From assembly GCA_040285855.1 (NCBI GenBank), contig JAUFOQ010000016.1, positions 2,356,001-2,420,000 on the forward strand: a DNA stretch of 64,000 bases, read 5' to 3'. The notes beneath the pieces are model-generated. The model worked only from the letters and a program-made list of their open reading frames with translations. It was not told the origin of the DNA and made no database searches. Below, piece by piece: positions 12,516-25,962 of this stretch. Made by a program: the position numbers and the translations under genes. The DNA comes from Eukaryota sp. GEM-RC1 (lineage: Eukaryota). Within the stretch, counting starts at the first letter, position 1. Every line of letters begins with the position of its first letter.

Positions 12516-13219
12516 TATTTCTATTATTTTTTGTTTTTCCCATGACCTGGCTTTGAGGACTAAGCTCATGTCTCTTCATGAACGATCGTTGCAGCGTTTG
12601 GTTTCGTTTAAGCACGCTTCCCTCGACCTCACAACCCTACTGTTAGTATTTCCGACGAAGATAATTGGGATTCTGATGATATTACGGAGTCGATAAGCTG
12701 AAGTTAGACGTGGACTCTCTTTGAGCAATTAAACATCACTCAAAGGTGCCTTGTTTTTGAAGAACATAATGCAAAATATTCTGAGTGTTTTTATTGGACT
12801 AATAGTATCAATGATCAATAGTGTTTCGTAACAAATAGGAATAAGCAATGGTAAAGTAGTCTTGAAATTAGTCTCACCAGATAAATTAGTCTCAGTGAGA
12901 CTAATTCTATAATTGATGATGAAAACTTTCCTTGCAAATTAGTCTCAGTGAGACTAATTAGACAAACCAGTGTAGTATTTGATATGAAGATTCCTTCCCA
13001 CAAATTTTCCGTTAGCAATTGATACAATTGACTTTTACGTAAGACATTGTTTTTCAAAAATGTTAGATCGATTCACAACCTAAAATGAAGGTTTTATTAT
13101 ACAATGAACAAAAATCACAGACTAAAAACGTAGTAATTACAGAAACCGAATACAGGTATTGAAAAAATACCGTACCGACAACATCAAAAACAAGCAAAAA
13201 AACGAGGAACTGAATATCA

Positions 13220-15217
13220 TCACCGAGTTCGATAAATATTTATAAGAGATGACGATCCTTCAAGACTCAACGTATTTGCTGACAAAAGTTTAGTCAATTT
13301 AGCAGATATATCTCGAGAAAATCGTTGTGACTTGACCATCCCAGTGATCAAAGAACCCAAACCATTGGAATTTAAATATTCCAACACTTTCTTAGCATTA
13401 CCTCGAACGACTGGCGAAGCATCACCAAGAAAGTTTCCACATAGATTAATGATTTTCTCATAAAAAGCATTATTAAGTGTGGACGAATTGTTTTGCTTAA
13501 CAAGAATCAACAGCGCAGCAACAGCCTCACCTCGAATAAGAGCGTTTAAATTAGCAAAATGAGGACCCAAACAGTTCAAAGCCTTGGTACAAGAAACCAC
13601 TTCAATAACTGATATCAGTGTATCATTAGCAGCTTCACTAATAAACCCATTACTCTCGCCAATTCTTTTTAAACAAAATAGACAAAAGCGGAGCTAGATC
13701 ACTGTCAATGTTACGGCCTAGAATCAAACAAACAGGTTTGAGAGTAACTAGAGCATTCTTAGCTACTTGAGATCTTAGATTGCCTGCTTGAGTGACCAAC
13801 CCAGTCAGACTTTCCTTTAATAGAAGGTAATCACACTGAGGGTCAGCAGCATAGTTCTGAATGATCTTGATAGAGTTTGCTACTCTCTCCCAATCTTCCG
13901 AGGAGTATAAGTCTTGGATGGCTGACCTCACGCTAGCGAAATAGCCAGTGACTGAGAGAGAAGGAGAGGCACAGCTGTTGTAGGAGCGATGCATTGATTG
14001 TCTGGATATTGTGGATTTAACCCCGGGATCAGAGACGGGAGAGACAGGAGCGGATACGGGGACAGAGTTAGCAGAAGGAGAAGGCCAGGTTGTTGAGTAT
14101 AAGAGAGATCGTCTGTCCTCTGAGGATTGAAGTAGACCAGCAGACATTGCTTTTCGTCTCACTTTGTTGTGCTGAGGGGTTGTCTTGGCAGATACAGTTC
14201 CACGTAGACGTTTGAGCATCGCCAGACTACTGGAGACACGTTCTTTAGGAAAAGCGTTGTTACCATCGATAGTTAGTGGAGGAACAGGAGAGATTGAGGT
14301 AGGACGAGCTGGGAGAGATTGATGTTGGGTTTGAGAAAGACTTGAGGGGGGAACGGGTGAAGGATTGACTCTGCTACGAACAGCGTCAGTAACGATGCTG
14401 CGTGTTTTGGGTTTCTTAGGAAGCACTGGGGGTGGTATTGAGGAGATTGCAGTAGCGGCTACAACACGAATACTTTGCTCTGGAAGCACAGGTAGACCGT
14501 CTTCACCAAGGAAAGGACGCTGGGTGTAGCCCAAGCGATCGTCTAGCGTGCGTAGGAACTCTTCCGATACATTTAATGACTTTAAATGAGAGATTAGAAC
14601 AGCTTCTGTCATTAGATCGCCTAAAACAACAATGCACTCAATCAAGACCGTCATGATCTTAGCATCATTATATACCATTGGAAGAAGTTCAGTGCATATT
14701 GTAGAGACAACTGACTCAGCATCGAGCCCTGGTGAACGCAACAAACAACATCGAATAATACAGAAAAACATGATTCAAGGAAACGTTTTGTTAAGGGAAA
14801 GTCTTGTTCTTTGTCGACTTGTAACAGAAGCGGCAGAACGGTACGAGCAGACAAAATATCAATAATTATATATAGACATTTGATAGCGTTGTGTCGAACA
14901 ACAAGCTTGGTTTCAGACATGCTTGATTTTACCAGTGTCATTATGAAGGGCAGTTCAGACATTACATCTAGTGTGATAAGTTTAGTAATATAGATGAGTG
15001 CTTTGAGACCATGCAGTCGAATACGGACATTTGGATCTCGAAGAATAACAGACACTGACTCTAGACAGTCACGTAGATTATGAATTATATACAAAGCATT
15101 GCGGGAAGACTTGACGAACTTGCAGAATGTTTCCGCCACCTCAGCTCGTTTTTTTGAGTCTGTAGAACTGAAATCAAATTGTATTTCGAGAGGAACCCCT
15201 GAGGGCGAGGAGATCAT
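13220..15217 (-). CDS. TOG/HEAT-repeat microtubule regulator (CLASP/TOGARAM-crescerin-like), frameshifts near 14770 and 13668
   Basis: Two HEAT-rich domains separated by an S/P-rich linker. SEDWE...NLRSQVAKNAL...KRIGESNGFISEAAN (after correction) is typical of CLASP_N/TOG domains. Confidence 0.8.
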
Positions 15218-15287
15218 GCAGGAAAGCGCCGCAAGATGGCAAGTAAGGGTGGATTTGTCTAATGAATCGACAATTGTTGTTTCTTCA

Positions 15288-18200
15288 ATGTATGTAAGAC
15301 TTTTCCCATCCATCATTGAGATTCTGGCGTTCTCAGGACCTTCAGGAATCTCCCTGAATCGTCTGTACCAACAGCTACTTTTTAAACATTCATCTCTAAA
15401 AGATGATGATTTTGTATATATCTTCAACTCTTTAATCAACCATGTCCAATACAAAACAGATCTATGGATAAAACCTCAATCTCTCATGGATCCAGCTATT
15501 CCCTTAATTTCCATACATCCTCTTACTTTCCAAATCTCCTCTCAACCATCTTCTGTAAGACTTGGAGTCACTAACAATGTCTTCTCTTCATACATTGGCA
15601 TTCCCTCTTCAACCTTCTCTACTTACTCTGACCAACGTACTGCTGTCCTCGCTGCCATCGCAGTTGGAGGCCAGAAAGGGGTTATCCAAAGTGATCTACC
15701 TAGGCTCTGCAACCTTGAACATCAAGGATCAAAGGAGGCTAATAAAACTGTTTTCTTTCACGTGAAATGTCTGCTTGAGGATGATTTGATTATTAGAATC
15801 CCAGTGAGTACTACGGTGGGAAAGTCAACCATTGCTACCAATAGGCTTATTTTGAAGCATTTTGCTTTGTCCAGTAAGGTGAAGGCTTCAAATGAGGCAA
15901 GTGATGACGTGATTTCTGAGAGAATTCGACCGAGGGTTAATTCAGCTCAAGCCATGTCTACGTACTTGTCATTTCTTTTCATTGTGAAGATGAGATCATT
16001 GATTTAGGATCAGAGGGTAAGTTTATACGTTTGAATTATGTTAAAGACGAACTTGCTAAACGTGGAATTGCAAGAAACCCGTTTTTGGAAACTACCAGAG
16101 CCTTAATCGAAGATGAGCTCATAGAGAAAGTCGTGATTGACTACGACGGAGAGCGCATCGTTGCTGCTCGATTGATTGAACCTGACAAGGCACGTGCCCT
16201 GATCCTTTCTAGCAATCACTCACATGATGACGACCCTGATGACAACCCCACCTCCCAATCATTCCTTCTCTATCAATCACTTCCTTTATCCTTCCTATGT
16301 CAGCCCTACAACACAATCAAACCTTTTGCTCTATCCAACGTTCCACTAGATCTCCAAGTCATTCATATGGTTAACAATACTGCACATGAAGGTGGTTTGA
16401 CTGGTTGTTCTGGTGTTTATCTCTCTAAAGTGCTAACGTGCTATCCTAAGTTGATTACTGCATTAGGGAAAGAATTGTCTGATAAAAAGGTGGTTAAGAA
16501 GATGAATGTACAATCTGGAAAGACCCAACAGCAGTTTTTTGGTGCAAGCTCATCATCACAAAAATTTAAAAATTCGTGTGATTTTCAAAAATGTTATTCT
16601 CATATTTCTGATGATAATGAGACTGGTGACGTTGAGGAGGGATTTGATGTAGATGAAGTTAAGAGTATCACCAGAGAGAATTCAAAATTTTCAAAATTTC
16701 GAACAATTCAATCAATTCAACGTGAAAATCGATTACTTGAAATCATTAGACAATCAATGGCGATTTCATCACTTTGTCTTCATCGAGAACTTCAGAAATG
16801 GCATGATTCCCGAACAGAAATCATTCAAAAAATTGATAGGAAGACAGTTGCTACTCTTATAGAACATCTTTCAGCAAAGAAAGAAATTTTAATTGTGGAA
16901 GATAATTCAATTGAACCTATGGAGATCATCGTTGATTCTCAATGGTTCCAAACTCTATCGTCATCAGATCAGAATTCCATTGACCAAACCTCAGTGTTTA
17001 AGTCTGCAATAGATCAACATGCGGTGTTTATGAAAAGTTGTCGTGCCCATGTTTCAGCTACTGAAGGTACTAAACGTAAATTCTTTAAATTATCTAAAGC
17101 GCCAGAAGATTCACAATCAGGCACAGCTTACGAGGAATCGTTGTTTCTTCATGGTAAATGGTGCCGGATTAAGTATTTTCATTTACTTTTGGTGTCTCAA
17201 TTATTGGTACATCGCCAATCCAACATGTATTTCCCAAGTAAACTATCAGAAGTGATGACTGTACGTGATTATATGACGCTTTTTGAGCTTCCCAGTCAGT
17301 TTCCTTCATTGATTGATATTGATTCTGATTACGGCATCAACATCATCAGCAAACCAATTAATGAATTACCAAACGACCTCCAAGCATTACTCGCAACTAA
17401 TTTCTATTCTAAAATTTCCAAATTGAACAATTTTTTGATTAAGTTAAAACTCATTCACTATGATAGTGAAAACAATTGCTTTAAGTTGTCTCTCAGCCTT
17501 TCCTGTTTAACTCTTTTGACCTAGATCACGTTACTGATGAGAGCTTTATTGACTTTGTTTATAGAGATTTCGAACTCTCTCCCGATACTTCTAATTCCAT
17601 GGTAAATACTTCCAAGGAATTCTGGCGTCATTTGGAATGTGTTGTGAAGTTCTTGTCCCTCAATTCATTTAAACAATCCGATGTCACGTCAATTTCATCG
17701 TTATTGACCCTCAATCAATGGGACAATAATCACGACAATCCGGATCAAATCTCACTAAGACCAGAAGACGTCTCTGATTACTCATTTAATTCAATTCTTC
17801 ACATTTCCACTAATCTTCAATCACCTCTCCTTCCTATTTTAAATTCTTTAATAATTTTTAAAAGTACCAATCTAGGAAAACAGTATAGCAAAAATACTGG
17901 AAGGACTAAACTATTAAAAGTCGGTCAACGTCAAGGTTCAAAAGTATCGTTATCAGCTCAAAATCTCATCAAAACGACTTCTTCTTTTGATGACGATTCT
18001 CTTCCAATGGTGAGTTCTTCTAATGTTCGTCTTTTTTCCAGGCTCATTCATCCTTAGATTATTTGCTTGCATTCTATGTGTCAATCCATCGTATGCCTGT
18101 TTCATTTGCTCTACCTATTGGCTCAATCAGATGGAAACTGATACAACGAGTAATCCATGACGAGGTGACACGTCAACAGATTGAAGTCCCTTTGGAAGAC

Positions 18201-19549
18201 TTACCTGGAGGGATTTCTGTTACATTGCTTAAGATTAGATGGCAACAATTAATAGAATCTGATCTAAAATGGGGACAGTATCTAGCATATCATTCTTTTT
18301 CCATTTAATTCCAATCATTCATGTACAGTCGACCTTCACAATCAATCATGAATCATTGATTTCCGTGATTGATGAACTGCCTAATCTTGTTGACGAGATC
18401 CTTCCCTGCTCTACCTCAAGTTACTATGACTTTATTGGTTCCCTAATCTCGTTAGGATCTCTCAAGGTTTGCCCGCCTTTTTCCTTATCACGTGACAAGA
18501 ACAATCATTTTTCTGATCCTCTGATTGGTCCCTATTCTGAGATTTTGGCCTTAAAGTTCTTACCTAATAGTTATCCGGATTTGAAATACTTTTTACATTT
18601 GATTTCTGTTTTGTTTTCGTATATTTCTCTCAAAGCTGCGAATTCCTTTATTGCGAAAGAAATCTACTACTGTGATGACGTGGATGAGGTTGCTGATTTT
18701 GAATCTTACTTTGCCAATGTTTCTGATCGAAATTTAAATTTGGCTGTCGAATATCTACATGAATATTCAATATTTCCTAGTAAATCCACTTCTTTTGTCG
18801 GATCTTCTCTTTCACCAGTCTTCATTAAAGGTTCTGTTGGGTGGGGTTTAGCTCGAGAATGTTTTAATTTTGTTGACAATTTTCCACATGAATTAGAATT
18901 TGCTCTTTCGAGTCTAGCAAATCCTTTAATTCTTTGCACGACGATCTTCTTGTCTGCGTTTAATTTGGCTAAGGTTTCCATTAACAAAACTGATCGCTCC
19001 AATCCATCTCACAAGGATTTAAAATTTTTCAATGGTTTCGAGTGTACCGTGTTTAACACTGCTGATCAGACTTCAGAGGTTTCACTATTTTCTTCTCTTG
19101 CTTCTTCCCACATTGATCCCTTACTGCATAACCAAACCTATGAACCCTCGGATTTCCATCATCCGTTAATCTTGACTTCAGGAGACTTCTCGGAATCATT
19201 GTATGAATGTTTGCTCTACTTCATTTACGAACAAATATTTACTTCTGGTGCAATGTCTCTCCGTTTATTGCTTGAGTTTACGAGGTTTATTCCACCTAGC
19301 GCGGTTGCTTTTGTATTATACACTTTAGTTGAAAGTAAGCGAATTTCCATTCTACGATACTTTGGCGCTCAATGTGGATTGTTTAGTGACTTTGATTGTG
19401 TTCCTATTGCTGTTAGAGTAGAGTCTTTAAAGTGTGTTGAGGAATTATTTAGTGAGATGAATGTTGTTGATGCAGATAATGTCTTAATTGAATTGATTGG
19501 TCTCAAATCGAAGAATTCGACTGTTGATGAATTTGATTGGTGGTCGTGA
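15288..19549 (+). CDS. GTF3C1: TFIIIC B-box-binding subunit (GTF3C1/Tfc3-like), split by about four frameshifts
   Basis: N-terminal IEILAFSGPSGISL; B-block_TFIIIC-like VLAAIAVGGQKGVIQSDL...VFFHVKCL...TNRLILKHF; KIDRKTV winged-helix motif. Five tandem plus-strand ORFs. Confidence 0.75.
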
Positions 19550-20014
19550 GTTTCAAATATTTTGTTCTTTAAATTTATCCGTCTTTATTCTCGTCCCAGC
19601 TTTCTCAGGTATCTTTTTACTGAAATATTTGTCAAATTTTCGTTTTAGCCTTGTTCACATTTAAATTTGTACAGTTTTTCTTGAACAAGTCTTAGTAGTC
19701 TCATTTGTTATCAGTTTCATTACCATTAGATGACGTTTACATCACCATGATTGATGGACTTGTTGATTGAATATGACCAAGTGGTATCCATTTATCATGT
19801 TTTTGTTTGTTCTCTGTAGAAGTCTTTCTAAGTCAGAGTTCTCGATGTCTGCATGCCATTCCTGTTTTTCAGTATAGTCATGATGCCATGTGATATCGAC
19901 CAAGTACTATTAGTCTTCATTACAGCACAATTATATTTCGTGCCTGCTACTTATATACATGTTGTTTACAATAATTTACTTCATTTATACATTTTATACT
20001 TCAAAGCATGCTTT

Positions 20015-20466
20015 TGATTGCATTTGAAAAGCTGGATTTCGAAATTGTTTTAGTGATGCTAAAATTAAGAATAGAATTTTTGCGGGATATTTATATTATA
20101 TAATTCAACTTGTTTGCTCACTCAACAACCAATACCTTTTGGTTTGCGTTTGTCTAATCAGGCTTACCATTTTCATGAATTCATTTATCCAACTTTATAC
20201 AAATCATTTTCTTTTTTGTTTTTGTATAGAAAATGATTGCTGAAAAATTCTTTGGTGCCTTTTCAAAGCTGTGCCGTGACCATAGGAAAAATTTTAATCA
20301 GTCTATTTGGCGCAATCGCATTGTTTTTTCCTTATATAGAAGTTTTCCAAAGTATTTGAATCGTATTCTGGACAAATTGTATTGTGGTAGTTCAAGAGTA
20401 GATGTGGATCATTTAATATCTTTTAAGTACAAAAATACTAGTTGTTTGTATTTCGTTAATTTATAA
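20015..20466 (+). mobile_element. Decayed RLE retrotransposon fragment
   Basis: Nucleotide similarity to 24115-24270; the C-terminal FNQSIWRNRIVFSLYRS motif is shared with other copies. Confidence 0.65.
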
Positions 20467-20956
20467 CAGAAAATTTATATTCTTTAGAAAATGATTTAGA
20501 TAAAAAAATGATTAACATTAAAAGAACAATGAATTTTTAAAAAAATGATTAATATTTTTAATTTTAAATGAAATATCGTAGGTGTCCCAATTCAAGCAAC
20601 TTTATATCTGATACAGGCAAAACACATTTTCTTGCTTGTATTGGGACTTTTTTCCGTAATGTCAGATATAGATTTTACATTGTATCACAGTTTGAAAGTG
20701 TTCATTGCAAGACATTGATAGACCACATGCTTTATTAACAATATTGGATTTGATCATCAAAATAGACAATATTTGTCTGTAGAGGACCTATGATCATGTT
20801 GACCAGAACTTGGTTTCCTCCAGAATGTCGTAGATTTGTCTTTTATTCCTTTGATTTTTATCATAGTTAAGTAAAAGAAACTTTCATTGAGTTCTACGGA
20901 CCAATTACTCAACAATCAGTAGGCATCCAACTTGACCAAGTAATTACACCACAAAT

Positions 20957-21470
20957 ATGCGATTAAGTTTAGGTTTGTGTTCCTCTGAATTGCTGGACAA
21001 TTCTGAATGTGTTTGTAGTCATCGTCGCATTGCAACTTTTAGACATGTAATTAATTGCCCCAAATTTATTCAATTTCGTTCAGTTCTTCATAATGCAGTC
21101 AAAGACGTTACATTTGAAATGTTTAAAGCTCATGATTTCATGCCAAAGTTAACCTTTATTTAGTAAGTTGGGTCTTGATTTAATTGATAATTCTAGTCGA
21201 GGCGACTTTCATGGTCCTTTATTGATTCTAGTCCAATTAACCTTGATAATTTGTTACAACAGTAGATTCATGTGCTCTAACTTATGTTGACGGCTTAAAT
21301 TCCAAAGGTTTGCACCATCCGGAAAACGAAAATTGATATGTATTCCAAAGGTGTTGCTAAACTCCATCACAATTTCTATTTGCTCCATTTGCTATTTCTA
21401 TTTTAGCTAGGATTTGTGCACTGGCTTCTCAGTTTTTAACCGATTTTGGATCTATCTACTAGTATGTGTA
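20957..21470 (+). mobile_element. RLE retrotransposon 3' fragment
   Basis: MRLSLGL...CVCSHRRIATFRHVINCPKFIQFRSVLHN, nearly identical to 24282-24810. Confidence 0.85.
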
Positions 21471-22040
21471 AGTCTACTTAATTTTGTTTTGTACTTTTGT
21501 CCCCTTCATCTACAAACAATTGCTTTAAAAATGCCATTCATCTACAATTTCAAACACAGAATATCATGAATACTAATAATGGAGACCAATTCCAGGTGTT
21601 ATCTGTTGAAAATCAAACGGAGAGCTTGCGTATTATATGTTGGTAATCGCCAATTGATTGGAGCCTTGATGAAGACGATCATTGGTGAGGCTGTGATTAA
21701 ATTTGTGTATTTGAAGTGTATTAATAATGGAGATACTAATTCCTCCACATCATCTCTCATTCATGTCTCAATTCCAGTTCAGAATCGACTCAACATTCCA
21801 AAACCTGGTTTTAAAGAGTCTATTTTTGTATCGTAATGTTTTATTGTTGATAGAAAATGAGACAACGACACATTTCAAGTTAATCCATCAAGAATTTGAT
21901 CCATGAACAGCACACTTTGTCAAGCTCAAACATACAACCCGACATCATCAGTGTTACTTCTGTTGAGACCAGGTTACGAAATACAAATCAAAAAGTACAA
22001 ATGATAGACATGTATAAACGATTAACATCTTGAACAAAAT

Positions 22041-22618
22041 CTACAATAAGAAATACTTCCCATGTTTGTTTCCACCGTCATAATGTTGACAAATGATCGC
22101 AGCAGGTTTAATGAAAACACTCTTGTCATGGAAGTATCGTGATTCAAAGTCAAACACTTGAGTAATTTCAATCGAGCCATCGTCATCAACTTCTCCAATA
22201 GCAACAGGGATATTGTTAGATAAGTAGAAGAAAACTTGGCCTTGTTCCGGATGAGGTTGTACCCAAACTTGGACGTGGAATTGCTTGTACCGAGTAGTTC
22301 CGTTGAACTTCAGCGCTGTGGTATAAAGGTCAGAAAAGACGAAGAACATGTCGTTCGACTCAGCACAGACAGTGACTGCACCGATATCAACTACTGTTTG
22401 TATAAGGCCATCTTGGACTCCAAGCTTGTAAATGTAGGATACACTATCAACCTCTTTGATGGAGGCGTCAATACGAGCTCTGCCAAATCTGTCCATTCGT
22501 TGTCAACTATGAAGCTCATGAGACCTTCGTCAGTATCTAGTGTGAACGAAAAACTGTCCGGGAGCTGAAACGCATGTACGAACAGGACAAGAGAGAAACA
22601 GAGGAACAGAACTTTCAT
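22041..22618 (-). CDS. Secreted protein of unknown function (one frameshift near 22497)
   Basis: Signal peptide MKVLFLCFSLVLFVHA. Adding one A joins ORF 22391-22618 to ORF 22041-22496. Confidence 0.65.
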
Positions 22619-22769
22619 TGGTAATTGATTGTGTCATCAACAAAAATGTGTATATCGACTCATCCTCCTTTCTCCAACTGTACAGTTTCAATGATGGTCC
22701 TCCCAATGTGTCATGACGGAGACTTTAGAATCCAAGTTTGAACAATAGTCTATTTTGACCAAAATTTTG

Positions 22770-23380
22770 TTTGGTTTCTGCTGAATTGTTCAACAACTCG
22801 GAATGTGTATGTAGTCATCGTGGCAATGCAACTTTGAGACATGTAATTAATTGTCTCAAATGTGTTAAGCTCATGGATTTCATGCCAAAGTCGAACCCTT
22901 GTTTAGTTAGTTGGGTCTTGATTTAATTTCAAATTCTCGTCGATGTCACTTACATGTCCTTTTATTCATCCGGTCAAATTATACTTGATGTTACGACATT
23001 AGATCTATGTGCTCTAACTTATGTTGACGTCGTAAATTCCAAAGGTTTGCACCTCCTGGAAAACGTAAAATTGATTTGTATACCAATGATGCTAAACTCA
23101 ATCAAAATTAATATTCAAAATTTGTATTTGTTCCATTTGATGGTGAAATGACTTCTCAGTTTTTACACATTTTTGGCTCTATGTGTAAGTCTCAGAATAA
23201 GTGATTTAACTTATCAATTTGGCATAACCGTTGGATTTTTTCTTTGCCCTGTTAGATGCATAAGTTTTTTAAATCTATAACAAGTTGTATAAGAACTGTG
23301 GTATTGTTGACCAGGAATTTTCTGTGTCTAGTGCTTCATTGCTGTTATTATAATATGTATTTCAATACCCTTCATCGATT
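22770..23380 (+). mobile_element. RLE retrotransposon 3' fragment, decayed
   Basis: Colinear with 24295-25010, with deletions. Confidence 0.8.
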
Positions 23381-23957
23381 AACTTTTTATCAAAATTTTA
23401 CATTATAAAACTGATGTTTGAAATAACATTAAAATAACACCCGTCGCTATCAAATCTTACAACGGCTTTATCATCATAAAGTTGGTCTAGTTTGACACAG
23501 CTCCACTTAACAGCTTGATCTTTATTTTGGTCTTAGTACTTTCTTTCATCTGTTGATAAATACTAAAAAGCAGTATTCAATCTGTGTAGCTCCAATTACC
23601 CCTTTATGTAGAAACACAATTGTTGTAGCTTGTTGTTTTATTGGTTAAAAACAATTCGCTGTACATTCTACATAGGAAAAAACAATATATATTTTTTGAA
23701 AAAAAACCATCATCTCAATATGACCAGCCTGTCAGACGGTGAAGGACAACGAGAAGAAGAGTAAGGTGTACCTCTGACAAAGCCGCTACTTCCATACCAA
23801 ACATTGGGAAGAGCGTTTCAGCAAATGGTAAGTTTCTGATTGAGCAAACACATGGTGTTAAGGATTAAAGTGTTGGATTAATTCCCGCCGATATACAATA
23901 AAAAGGCGCAAATGTATTGTCCTCTAGAGAATCCGACAATCGATATTCGGTCTTTAA

Positions 23958-25010
23958 ATGATTACATTGAAACAAAATATGAGTTATATCGCAGTAATTG
24001 ACGATTTGGATTTGGATATTTGGACTAGCTGTTTTCCTTCTCATTTACCCAGTATTCCTGAAAAATCTCCCTTGTCTCTCCCTTTATGCGTGGTCAAACT
24101 TCAGAATAAGCTTTTGAAGGCATTTGAAAACCTGGATTTTGAAAATCGTTTTAGTATTACTAAAATTAATAATCCCGTTTTTGCTGCTTTCTTAAATGAT
24201 ATTAAGAATTCAACTTGTTTGATCACTCAACAACCACGTCCTTTTGGTTTGCATTTGTCTGATGAAGCTTGGAAATTAAATATGCGATTGCGTTTAGGTT
24301 TGTTTCCTGCTGAATTGCTCGACAATTCTGAATGCGTTTGTAGTCATCGTCGCAGTGCAACTTTTAGACATGTAATTAATTGCCCCAAATTTATTCAATT
24401 TCGCTCAGTTCTTCATAATGCTGTAAGAGATGTTACATTTGAAATGTTTAAGGCTCATGGATTTCATGCCAAAGTTGAACCTTTATTTAGTAAGTTGGGT
24501 CTTGATTTAATTAATAATTCTCGTCGAGGTGACTTACATGGTCCTTTTGTTGATTCTAGTCAAATTATCCTTGATGTTACAACAGTAGATTCATGTGCTC
24601 AAACTTATGTTAATGGCTTTAATTCAAAAGGTTTTAATCACCTAGAAACAGCTGAAAAACGAAAAATTGATTTGTATTCCAAAGATGTTCCTAAACTCAA
24701 TCAAAATTTATATTCAAAATTTGTATTTGTTCCATTTGCTATTTCTATTTTCGGTAGTATTGGTGAAATGGCTTCCAAGTTTTTAACTGATTTTGGATCT
24801 ATGTGTAAGTCTCAGAATAAGAGATTTAATTTATCAATTTGGCATAATCGTTTGATTTTTTTTTGTTCCGTTCGGTGCCTAAGTTCTTTAAATCAATTTT
24901 CACAAAGTTGTATAAAGACTGTGGTACTGTTGACCAGGAATTTTCGGTGTCTAGTGTTTCATAGCTTTTATTTTATTATGATATGTATTTTTGTACCCTC
25001 CATCAATAAA
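23958..25010 (+). mobile_element. Longest copy of a 5'-truncated RLE-type (CRE/R2-group-like) non-LTR retrotransposon; no RT domain
   Basis: CxC-x7-HxxxC knuckle, RSVLHN, KVEP, RRGDL, LDVT, AEKRK and FVPFAISIFG are hallmark C-terminal RLE motifs. Confidence 0.85.
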
Positions 25011-25850
25011 CTGTTCTTTAAATATGAGTTAGAATTTGAATTTGTAAAAACAAGAACACAAGCTAACATCAAAGAATATATCGAAACCACATCACATCAA
25101 CATGAACCAAAAGCAATTGTAAAAGTTTTTAGATGAAAAGAAAAACTAGTATTCTTACTGGGATAAGTTTGAATGAGAGCTTCACGTATGATTTTGATTT
25201 CCTTAAACCCTCATCTCCTCTTTATTTACCATGTTTGAGATCAATTAAATGTAATTATAAAGCTGTGGATAGTGCTGGTTGTGTTGTATTATTTGACAAC
25301 ATTTAGTATGTTAATGTATGTAACACAGGTTGATGACAAAACTAGTGACCAAACACCACCAAAGTCACATGAATAGTCTAGATCACTGTAAGAAACAATT
25401 TCCCTAATGTAGAACGATGTTCAGTAGTGGTAAATCCACTCTGTAGCGCAGAGTCAGAAGCTCTCCTTATGGCAACTACTAGTACATGTTGTTGGTGGAT
25501 AACGAGTAGTCACTCAGTATTAGTACAAGATCTCTACAAGAGGTCTAACCATCATGGTCCCTTTTCTTCCAAATACGTCAGTTCTGTCATTGGAAGTAGA
25601 TCACCGTACATTTAGAGTATGCAGACAATTGTGAAGGAGGATTGTCGTGTAATTCAAACTCAAGTACAGTATCCATATAGAAGATTGGACATTGATGTGT
25701 CCGTTATAAAGAAGTGACTCTGTTCAAAGCAAGACAATTGGAAAGAACCTAAGCAGCGAATAAGATATTACAGTACATCATGGGGAAAAACAAGATGGAA
25801 TGGTCCAAGAGGAAAGAACTGGTGCTGTAAGACTAAATGGCTCATGTTGC

Positions 25851-25962
25851 AAAAAGGGGTTGAGTCTTCGCTCTAATACACCAATCCTTTGCGGAGGTGT
25901 TGCTAATCTTCTCTGTTTAGTTTCCATTTTAGTGGAGCCGAGGGACAAGCCCAAGGCAAACC
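25851..25962 (-). ncRNA. U6: U6 spliceosomal snRNA (divergent; 5' end approximate)
   Basis: Minus strand: 5' hairpin GCCTTGGGCTTGTCCCTCGGC, then ACTAAAATGGAAACTAAACAGAGAAGATTAGCA (ACAGAGA box and AGC triad), ISL ACACC-TCC-GCAAA-GGA-TT-GGTGT with a U bulge, ending in a TTTTT Pol III terminator. Confidence 0.92.

Larger units (their letters stand above)
10213..12975. mobile_element. TA-flanked TIR element (Tc1/mariner-like MITE), outermost member of a nested set
   Basis: TA|CTACGCTGGTTTATCTAATTAGTCTCA ... TGAGACTAATTAGACAAACCAGTGTAG|TA, with internal TTAGTCTCAGTGAGACTAA near-palindromes near both ends. Confidence 0.7.

Noticed and set aside
15962..16007. Possible GT...AG intron in TFIIIC
   Set aside because: Splicing leads straight to a stop and the GTATG/TAAC signals are absent. 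One extra T in a run restores the frame instead.
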